This document shows, piece by piece, positions 57,246-64,000 of a stretch of 64,000 bases of DNA (positions within the stretch are counted from its first letter, which is position 1; each line of letters starts with the position of its first letter). This DNA is from an uncultured Planctomycetia bacterium (lineage in GTDB: Bacteria > Planctomycetota > UBA8108). The translations under genes and the position numbers were made by a program. The notes under the pieces were generated by a model. It did no database searches. It saw only the letters and a program-made list of their open reading frames with translations, and was not told where the DNA came from. The stretch spans positions 2,903 to 66,902 of the forward strand of contig CAZTRG010000149.1 of the NCBI GenBank assembly GCA_964615885.1, read 5' to 3'.

Positions 57246-59231
57246 TCAGTCCTTCACCTCTTCCTTCTCCGCCTCCTCACCGGCCGCGGAATCTGTCTCG
57301 CCGGCTTCATCGCCCGCTTCATCCTTTACCTCGAAGTCGGCGTCGATGATGTCCTCATCCTCAGAGCCTGCAGCGCCGGCCCCTTCGGAGGAATCAGCTC
57401 CCCCCCCGGCGGCCTGGGCAGATGAGGCGGCATCCTGGTAGAGCTTCTCACCAAGCGCGCTGGCCAGCTTCTCGACCTCTTCCATGCTGCTCTTCATACC
57501 CTCGATATTTTCAGCATCCCTGGCTGATTTCAGAGCATCGAGCGCATTCTGCAGGCCAGTTCGCTCCTCCTCGGAGAGCTTGTCCTTGTTATCCTCCAGG
57601 AGCTTCTCTCGCTGGTGAACCAGGCCGTCAACCTGGTTCTTCAGGTCAATCACCTCGCGCGCCTTGCGGTCATCCTCAGCATGCTCTTCGGCATCGGCCT
57701 TCATCTTGTCGACCTCGTCTTCGGAGAGGCCACTGGAAGACTCGATCTTGATCGTCATCTCCTTGCCGCTGCCAAGGTCCTTGGCCGAGACCTCGAGAAT
57801 ACCGTTAGCATCGATATCGAAGGAAACCTCGATCTGGGGGGTCCCCCGGGGAGCCGGGGGAATACCGTCGAGCACAAAGCTGCCGAGCAGGCGGTTGTCC
57901 TTACAGAGCTCACGCTCGCCCTGGAACACCTTGATGTCGACCGCCGGCTGATTATCAGCGGCAGTGGAATAGACATCTTTTTTATTGGTGGGTATGGTCG
58001 AGTTGCGCTCTATGAGCTTGGTCATAACGCCTCCAAGGGTCTCGATACCCAGCGAAAGCGGGGTAACGTCAAGCAGGAGGACGTCCTTGAGATTTTCGTC
58101 TCCCTGCAGGATCCCTCCCTGGATGGCAGCACCCTGGGCGACAACTTCATCGGGATTGACCGAGCGGTTGGGTTCTTTCTTGAAGATCTCCTGGACAACC
58201 TTCTGAACCGAGGGGATCCGTGTCGAGCCTCCCACCAGGACAATCTCATCGACCTGGTCTGGCGTAAAGCCTGCATCCTTGAGAGCCTTCGTGCAGGGCT
58301 TGCGCAGCCGGTCGATCAATTCATCGATCAGCTGCTCAAAGACAGCCTGGGTAATCTCCATCTGGAGATGCTTCGGCCCACCCTGGTCGGCGGTAATAAA
58401 GGGAAGGTTCACATCGGTTGCGCTCTTGGTGGAGAGCTCGCACTTGGCCTTCTCCGCGGCCTCCTTCAGACGCTGCAGGGCCATATCATCGCCACGCAGA
58501 TTGATACCCTGCTCCTTCTGGAATTCATCGGCAATGTGGTCCATGAGAACCTGGTCAAAATCATCTCCACCGAGATGGGTATCACCATTGGTGGAGAGAA
58601 CCTTGAAGAAGCCCTCGTCTACCTCGAGGATGGAAATATCAAAGGTGCCTCCACCGAGATCAAAAACGGCCACCTTCTCGCCGGACTTCTTGCCCTTGAG
58701 CCCGTAGGCCAGGGCAGCAGCGGTCGGCTCGTTGATAATCCGCTCGACCTCCAGGCCGGCAATCTTGCCCGCATCCTTGGTGGCCTGGCGCTGGGAGTCG
58801 TTGAAATAGGCCGGCACCGTAATGACCGCCTTATCGACCTTCTCGCCGAGGTAGCTTTCAGCTGTTTCCTTGAGGTTCTGGAGAACGATCGCCGAGATTT
58901 CCGGCGGCGTATAGCTCTTGCCGTCAATCTCTACCTTGACCAGCTCACCTTCCCCTCCAGTGATCGGATACGGGACCATTTTCTCTTCACTGGAGACCTC
59001 TGCATGACGGCGCCCCATGAAACGCTTGATCGAGAATATGGTGCGCTTGGGGTTGGTAACCGCCTGGCGCTTGGCGGGCAGGCCGACCAGCCGCCCCTTA
59101 TCGGTAAAGGCCACCACGCTGGGCGTGACCCTGTTTCCATCTGCATTGGCTATGACAGCGGGCTCCTGCCCCTCCATAACCGCCACGACTGAGTTCGTGG
59201 TTCCAAGATCGATTCCTATGATTTTTGACAT
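57246..59231 (-). CDS. dnaK: Molecular chaperone DnaK (Hsp70)
   Basis: [37 protein letters not shown] Hsp70 signatures. Acidic C-terminal tail. Confidence 0.95.
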   Translation of the reverse strand: MSKIIGIDLGTTNSVVAVMEGQEPAVIANADGNRVTPSVVAFTDKGRLVGLPAKRQAVTNPKRTIFSIKRFMGRRHAEVSSEEKMVPYPITGGEGELVKVEIDGKSYTPPEISAIVLQNLKETAESYLGEKVDKAVITVPAYFNDSQRQATKDAGKIAGLEVERIINEPTAAALAYGLKGKKSGEKVAVFDLGGGTFDISILEVDEGFFKVLSTNGDTHLGGDDFDQVLMDHIADEFQKEQGINLRGDDMALQRLKEAAEKAKCELSTKSATDVNLPFITADQGGPKHLQMEITQAVFEQLIDELIDRLRKPCTKALKDAGFTPDQVDEIVLVGGSTRIPSVQKVVQEIFKKEPNRSVNPDEVVAQGAAIQGGILQGDENLKDVLLLDVTPLSLGIETLGGVMTKLIERNSTIPTNKKDVYSTAADNQPAVDIKVFQGERELCKDNRLLGSFVLDGIPPAPRGTPQIEVSFDIDANGILEVSAKDLGSGKEMTIKIESSSGLSEDEVDKMKADAEEHAEDDRKAREVIDLKNQVDGLVHQREKLLEDNKDKLSEEERTGLQNALDALKSARDAENIEGMKSSMEEVEKLASALGEKLYQDAASSAQAAGGGADSSEGAGAAGSEDEDIIDADFEVKDEAGDEAGETDSAAGEEAEKEEVKD

Positions 59232-59550
59232 CTCAATCCCCTTGAGTTTCAGACTCTATATTTTCTGGTATTGTTTTTGATTCAGGCTGTGCCGGGACGC
59301 TCCATGTGCTCAAGGCACCCGGTCTTCCCGGTCTTCGGGCAATCCGGCGGAACAGCCATCTCTTCTACCCTGGAAGAAATGCAAATAGCGTTCCCATCAA
59401 CCCGGCTGTTTTCTATTAGCTGTTAAATAATAAATACTTACGACTTTTACGGTTATTTCTGTGGCCCGCCAGGGAGCCCTCTTCCTGCCAAAGTGACAGA
59501 ACTATCTTCTGCCCACCTTGTCACGCTGGCAGAAAGACAAGAGCCCCCAC

Positions 59551-60972
59551 TCAGGTCAGGCCATACTCCTTCAGCTTTCGGTACATGGTTCGCTCACCGA
59601 TCCCGAGGATCCGCGCGGCCTCCTGGCGGTTGCCACCGACCTGCTCCAGGGTTGCCTTGATGAGAACCTCCTCCACCTCCTTCAGAGGAACGCCCAGCAG
59701 GGAATGAACATCCGCAGAAGATCTCTGTTCCCCCTGGTGAATATTATCAGGCAGATTCTCTACCGAGAGAACAGGGCCCTGGGATACGACCACCATATTC
59801 TCCACCACGTGCTTCAGCTCACGCACATTCCCCGGCCAGGCATAGGAGCTGAGAATGTTGACCGCCTCTCTTTCGATCTCCCGTACGGGTTTTTTATGCG
59901 CCTGGGAAAACTCGCCAATAAAGTGGTTCAACAACAGTGGGATATCCTGGCGGCGTTCGCGCAGGGGGGGCAGATGGACCGTAACGACCTTGAGCCTGTA
60001 GTAGAGATCCTCACGGAAAGATCCATCCTTGATCAGGGTCTCGATGTCGCGGTTGGTGGCAGAGATCAGGCGCACATCGACCTTGATCGGCTTGTTCGAG
60101 CCGACCCGGGTAATCTGCCCGTCTTCGAGAACCCGCAGCAGCTTCACCTGGGTCTCCAGCGGAATATCACCCACCTCGTCCAGGAACAGGGTTCCACGAT
60201 CGGAGAATTCAAAGCGTCCCTTCTTCTGGAAGTTGGCGCCCGTAAAGGCTCCCTTCTCGTGGCCGAAGAGCTCACTCTCTACCAGCTGTGGTGAGAGAGC
60301 CGCGCAGTTGAGCGGCACAAGCGGACGATTCCGGCGCAGGCTGTTCTCGTGCAGCGCCTGCGCTATGAGCTCCTTACCGGTCCCGTTCTCCCCGGTAATG
60401 AGGACCGAGACATCGGTCTCGGCAATCTGCCGGCACAGCTCGATGACCTTGCGCAGCGACTCGCTGTTGCCGATGATCCCTTCATAGCCGAAGCGCTTAT
60501 CGAGGCGCTCTTCGAGCTTGCGGTTCACCCGGACCAGCTCCTGGTGCTCAAGCGCCCTCTCTACCCGCACACGCAATCCCTCGATATTCAGCGGCTTAAC
60601 GAGATAATCCACCGCGCCACGCTTGAGGGCCTCGACAGCAGTCTCTATGGTTGCATGCCCGGTGAAAACCACCACCGCGACAAAGGGGTTGATCTGCTGG
60701 GCCTGCCTCAGAATCTGCATGCCGTCAACCTCGTCCATTACCAGGTCGGTCAGCACGAGATCGTACTGGCGGCTCGAGAGCATCGAGATCCCCTCCGTGC
60801 CACTGGTGGCGACATCACAGCGGAAGCCGACCAGCTCGAGGGCATCTCTTGAGCCCTCTGCATGGTTGCGATCGTCATCGACAATCAGGATCAGCCCGCG
60901 GCCGCGATCGATCTCTTCCTCATCGGTCCCAAGCGAATCCGCCTGAAGTTCTTCCTGGCTCTCAACACTCAT
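59551..60972 (-). CDS. Sigma-54-dependent response regulator (NtrC family: REC, AAA+ and HTH domains)
   Basis: REC domain (LILIVDDD...DLVLTDLVMDEVDG). GENGTGKELIAQALH and GAFTGA. C-terminal Fis-type HTH. Confidence 0.85.
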   Translation of the reverse strand: MSVESQEELQADSLGTDEEEIDRGRGLILIVDDDRNHAEGSRDALELVGFRCDVATSGTEGISMLSSRQYDLVLTDLVMDEVDGMQILRQAQQINPFVAVVVFTGHATIETAVEALKRGAVDYLVKPLNIEGLRVRVERALEHQELVRVNRKLEERLDKRFGYEGIIGNSESLRKVIELCRQIAETDVSVLITGENGTGKELIAQALHENSLRRNRPLVPLNCAALSPQLVESELFGHEKGAFTGANFQKKGRFEFSDRGTLFLDEVGDIPLETQVKLLRVLEDGQITRVGSNKPIKVDVRLISATNRDIETLIKDGSFREDLYYRLKVVTVHLPPLRERRQDIPLLLNHFIGEFSQAHKKPVREIEREAVNILSSYAWPGNVRELKHVVENMVVVSQGPVLSVENLPDNIHQGEQRSSADVHSLLGVPLKEVEEVLIKATLEQVGGNRQEAARILGIGERTMYRKLKEYGLT

Positions 60973-61748
60973 TTGTCTTTGCCCTCCAGGGGCAGGTAAA
61001 CGGAAAACTGGCTACCCTTGCCGACTGCGCTCTGCACCTCGATAAATCCACCATGCTCTTCAACAATTCGCTTCGATATCGCCAGGCCGTAGCCGCTGCC
61101 GCGGTTGCGGGTCGAGTAATAGAGCTCAAAGATCCGCTCCAGCTTGTCGCTCTCGATCCCGGGCCCCGTGTCGATCACCTCGCCCACTGCATATTCGACC
61201 CCATCCCTCGCGGTCCGATCGGTTTTCAGTATCAGCTCTCCGCCATCTGCACTCATTGCCTGGCAGGCATTCTGCACGAGGTTCAGAAAAACCTGCCGCA
61301 AGAGACCGATATCAAAGGGGAAGGACTCCAGGGCCGTTAGCAGCCCGAGACGAATCTGAACTCCCGAACGTTCAGCCTCATCAGCGACCGATTCACCAAG
61401 GTCCTCGAGCATCTCGTTGAGATTCCTCGACTCCAGGGACAGCTCATGACGCTCGGTGAAGCGCAGAAAGGTCTCGATGATTCGCTCGACCCGCTGAACC
61501 TCCGCCGCCATGGTCTCAAACCGCTTCAGCGCTCTCTGCTCCTTGGGAGTGTCTGCATCCTTCCACTCCTCCTGCAGTAGCTGGGCGTTCAGGTTGATCA
61601 CCGAAAGCGGGTTCTTGATCTCATGAACCAGGCTTCCCGCCATGGCTGATACATCGACTCCAGCTTTCTTCGGAGAGGCTGAAACTCTGGTTTCCTGACT
61701 TTCTGGCATATTTTCGTCCCCAAAAGCTCGCAACAACCCAAAGATCAT
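60969..61748 (-). CDS. Sensor histidine kinase (HisKA and HATPase_c domains, no TM segments evident)
   Basis: H-box LVHEIKNPLSVINLNAQLL. G-box DTGPGIESDKLERIFE and GSGYGLAISKRIVEEHGG. 4-nt overlap with the response-regulator gene. Confidence 0.8.
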   Translation of the reverse strand: MIFGLLRAFGDENMPESQETRVSASPKKAGVDVSAMAGSLVHEIKNPLSVINLNAQLLQEEWKDADTPKEQRALKRFETMAAEVQRVERIIETFLRFTERHELSLESRNLNEMLEDLGESVADEAERSGVQIRLGLLTALESFPFDIGLLRQVFLNLVQNACQAMSADGGELILKTDRTARDGVEYAVGEVIDTGPGIESDKLERIFELYYSTRNRGSGYGLAISKRIVEEHGGFIEVQSAVGKGSQFSVYLPLEGKDK

Positions 61749-61812
61749 ACCTGCAGACCGAGTCTCTGACAGGAAAAAATGTCAATTTGGCAGTTTTAGG
61801 GCTGTTTTTGGG

Positions 61813-61831
61813 GGATTTTGTGAAAATCCCG
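61813..61831. promoter_or_regulatory. Perfect 8-3-8 palindrome GGGATTTTgtgAAAATCCC upstream of the HK/RR operon
   Basis: Arms 61813-61820 and 61824-61831 are exact reverse complements. Located 65-83 nt upstream of the histidine-kinase start (61748). Confidence 0.4.
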
Positions 61832-61924
61832 CGTTGAGAAGAGGCTGAGGGCCTCACCTTGCCCGTGGAAAGCAGAAAGGCAGCCGCCGAGGATTAAAAA
61901 CCAGGCTGCCGGGGGTTCAGGCCC

Positions 61925-62614
61925 CTACTTCAGCTCTTCCCGAACCCGGTCGCGCAATTGTTTCTTGATCCGCTGGTCGGTCCACTCACGCCATTTTTTG
62001 AGCTTAACCTTCTCAGCCTCATCGAGGGTGTTGTTCTGCTCAAAGAGCTTGAGGTATTTCAATGCCATGGTGAACTGCTCAAGCCGGGCGGAAACCTCGA
62101 AACCCTTCCAGTAGACCCAGTTGAGCACCTGGCCGCTGGCCACGTGCAGATTGAACTGGGTCAGAGCCAGCTGGTAGTTTCTCTCCGCCTTCCTGGAATT
62201 CTCCGCGCTGAGCCTTTTCAGGTCTGCCTGGCGCTGCGGATCGGCTTTCCTTGCCGACTCCGCCTGTTTCATGCTGAGGGTCCTGTAATAACCCCCAAGC
62301 ATGCGCAGACCCTCACCATACTGAGCGTAACAACTCGAGCACAGGTTGGGGTTGGGGTAGATCTTCGTTGTGGTCTTGAGCTTCTCGACATAACAAAGCA
62401 GCGCATCCAGGTCGATACCGCCCTCATCCCCTTCGGACGCGACAAACTGCTGCAGGCAGATTTCGGCCTCTTTACGCAACCTGGTGACAGCCTGGGCCTT
62501 CTCCACAGAGCCGAGCGTTGTCGGATCTTTTTCCCCTCCAGTCCCGCAGCCCACCAGGGAAAACCCGCCTGAAACCAGCACAGCTAAGGCCACAAATAGT
62601 TTCATGTTTTTCAT
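61925..62614 (-). CDS. Putative lipoprotein (helical / TPR-like)
   Basis: Start moved to ATG 62612-62614: MKNMKLFVALAVLVSGGFSLVGCGTGG (lipobox LVGC). The upstream part of the ORF-track model is Arg-rich and lies in the promoter repeat region. Confidence 0.5.
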   Translation of the reverse strand: MKNMKLFVALAVLVSGGFSLVGCGTGGEKDPTTLGSVEKAQAVTRLRKEAEICLQQFVASEGDEGGIDLDALLCYVEKLKTTTKIYPNPNLCSSCYAQYGEGLRMLGGYYRTLSMKQAESARKADPQRQADLKRLSAENSRKAERNYQLALTQFNLHVASGQVLNWVYWKGFEVSARLEQFTMALKYLKLFEQNNTLDEAEKVKLKKWREWTDQRIKKQLRDRVREELK

Positions 62615-62641
62615 GCCTGTATCGTATTCCTTACCTTTTGT

Positions 62642-62686
62642 ATTCCTGGACAACTGCATTCCTGGACAACTGCATTCCCGGACAAC
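62642..62686. repeat. Three tandem copies of a 16-bp motif ATTCCTGGACAACTGC upstream of the lipoprotein gene
   Basis: Copies at 62642-62657 and 62658-62673 are identical. A third degenerate copy lies at 62674-62686 (attcccggacaac). TATTCC half-motifs also at about 62624 and 62640. Confidence 0.8.
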
Positions 62687-62798
62687 CGATGGAATCCAAA
62701 GGCGAATCCTGTTCCTCCGAACCGCCCGGCGGCGGCCCGAAGTGCTGGCTCTTCTCTTCAATGCCGAGAACCTAACACGAGACCGCCCCGGGGTCAAT

Positions 62799-63995
62799 TT
62801 AGCTGCCTGCCCCGATCCGTTCGAAAATCTCCCGCTCGAGTCGAATCCGCAAGGTTTTGTGACGGCTCAACATAACCAGGCCGGGCGGGGCTCCCTTTGG
62901 CTTCGATACCAGCTTTGCAGGCGTATAATCCACCTCCGCTGCTGCCCCTTCGACAAAAACAGCTCCCGAGCGCTTGCCCAGGCTGTAATAGAGGGCCAGC
63001 TGGCCGGCCTCCAGCAGGGTATCCCTCGGAACTGTCTTGCCGGGAATCGTGCGAATGATGACATGAGCGCCGGGCCGCCCGCTGACATGCAGAAAGATAT
63101 CGTTGCCGCGCGCCATACGAAGGCTCAACTGGTCATTCTGCCGAGCGTTTCGCCCAACCAGGATCGTATACCCTTCTGAGGAAACAAAGCTCCTGGGGCT
63201 GGAGAGTCCCTCTTTCTTTGGCGATCTTCGGGAACGTTTCTTAGCCCGAAGGTACTTTGCCGCTTCCTGCGAAAGCCGGTCCAGGGCCTCTTCATCGGTA
63301 GCTTCCAGGACCTCCGCACCAAGCTGAGCCAGTTTTTCGACTCGCCCCTTCACCTCCCCCTTGCGCGCCTCGATGGCGGGACCGGCCCGTTTCGCCTTAC
63401 GGTAGCGCTTAAAATAGCGCTCGATGTTCTCTTCCGGATTGAGCCTGGGATCGAGCTTGATCCGAACCGGTTCCTGCCCCTCGGAAAAATAATCAACCAG
63501 CTCAATCTCTGCCTGTCCCCGGCGCAGACTGCCGTAGGACCCCTTGAGAAGCTCACCGAATTGCCTGAGATGCTCGAATCCTCCGAGCGCCTCAAGCTCT
63601 GCCTCGAGCTTGCCGACAATTTTCTCCTGGCGCGCCTGCTCCCCCGAAAGAGTCCCGGCAAGGTTTTTCCTTCGATCCAGGAAGATCGCCTCGGATTCAG
63701 CCGCCCCCATTTTCCGGGCAACCTGGAAGCTGAGAGGGAACTCGCCCTCACCGCCGGCCTCCAGCCACCCTGGGCTCTCCGGAACCGGCACTGCAGCCGG
63801 GGGAGAGGGGAATTGGTAGACCCCACCCGGTTCATGGCGCGACCGGGCTCCGGCAACCAGGGAGAGTGCGCAGATGATTTTCTGCTCATCATCCAGCAGC
63901 AGGATCTCCGGACGCGCCCCAAACAGCTCCTGCACCAGCTGAACACTGCCGGCTGGAGTTGAGAAGGTCAGCTCAGCGATTCGATCACTGTTCAC
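62799..63995 (-). CDS. NFACT-family protein (Rqc2/RqcH / FbpA-like, DUF814 NFACT-R domain), possibly 5'-truncated by the window edge
   Basis: C-terminal NFACT-R block YTILVGRNARQNDQLSLRMARGNDIFLHVSGRPGAHVIIR, coiled-coil middle. The ORF reaches within 5 nt of the window end. Confidence 0.65.
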   Translation of the reverse strand: MNSDRIAELTFSTPAGSVQLVQELFGARPEILLLDDEQKIICALSLVAGARSRHEPGGVYQFPSPPAAVPVPESPGWLEAGGEGEFPLSFQVARKMGAAESEAIFLDRRKNLAGTLSGEQARQEKIVGKLEAELEALGGFEHLRQFGELLKGSYGSLRRGQAEIELVDYFSEGQEPVRIKLDPRLNPEENIERYFKRYRKAKRAGPAIEARKGEVKGRVEKLAQLGAEVLEATDEEALDRLSQEAAKYLRAKKRSRRSPKKEGLSSPRSFVSSEGYTILVGRNARQNDQLSLRMARGNDIFLHVSGRPGAHVIIRTIPGKTVPRDTLLEAGQLALYYSLGKRSGAVFVEGAAAEVDYTPAKLVSKPKGAPPGLVMLSRHKTLRIRLEREIFERIGAGS

Positions 63996-64000
63996 CTGGC

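Overview
High-GC (roughly 60%+) bacterial chromosomal segment, gene-dense on both strands. I could not recognise rRNA, tRNA, CRISPR arrays, transposases or integrases by eye. Many spurious antisense ORFs, as expected at this GC content. Most of the window is housekeeping: phoH/7TM-HD/ybeY, cdsA, uppS, purA, carA, serS, queA, mdh, iscS/iscA, moaDE, nadE, aspartokinase, pepA and dnaK. It also carries signalling genes (a PknK-like STAND Ser/Thr kinase, two sigma-54 enhancer-binding proteins, a histidine kinase), futalosine-pathway menaquinone genes (mqnA-like, mqnC-like), secreted repeat proteins and a multi-domain PPIase. The standout is an accessory block at about 31.5-44.4 kb. Its core (33655-43094, minus strand) is a compact phage-tail-like contractile injection system (CIS). 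The gene order is FHA/coiled-coil protein, unknown ORF, DUF4255-like cap, short sheath candidate, two gp19-like tube proteins, unknown ORF, a short gpD/gp27-like hub, gp25/W-like, gpJ-like and gpI-like baseplate proteins. No tape-measure protein, AAA+ ATPase, PAAR/spike tip or tail fibre is recognisable in the window. The block is flanked by a thrombospondin-type-3/dockerin-like secreted protein, a divergent Zn-ribbon membrane protein and a small histone-fold (DUF1931-like) gene with a strong RBS and terminator. The gene content is compatible with the PVC superphylum or Deltaproteobacteria-like lineages (abundant sigma-54 regulators, futalosine pathway, FGE-sulfatase, dockerin-like and thrombospondin-type-3 (TSP3) repeats, non-Proteobacterial features such as RqcH and SMUG1), but lineage is uncertain. 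All family assignments are from motif recognition by eye; no database search was run.
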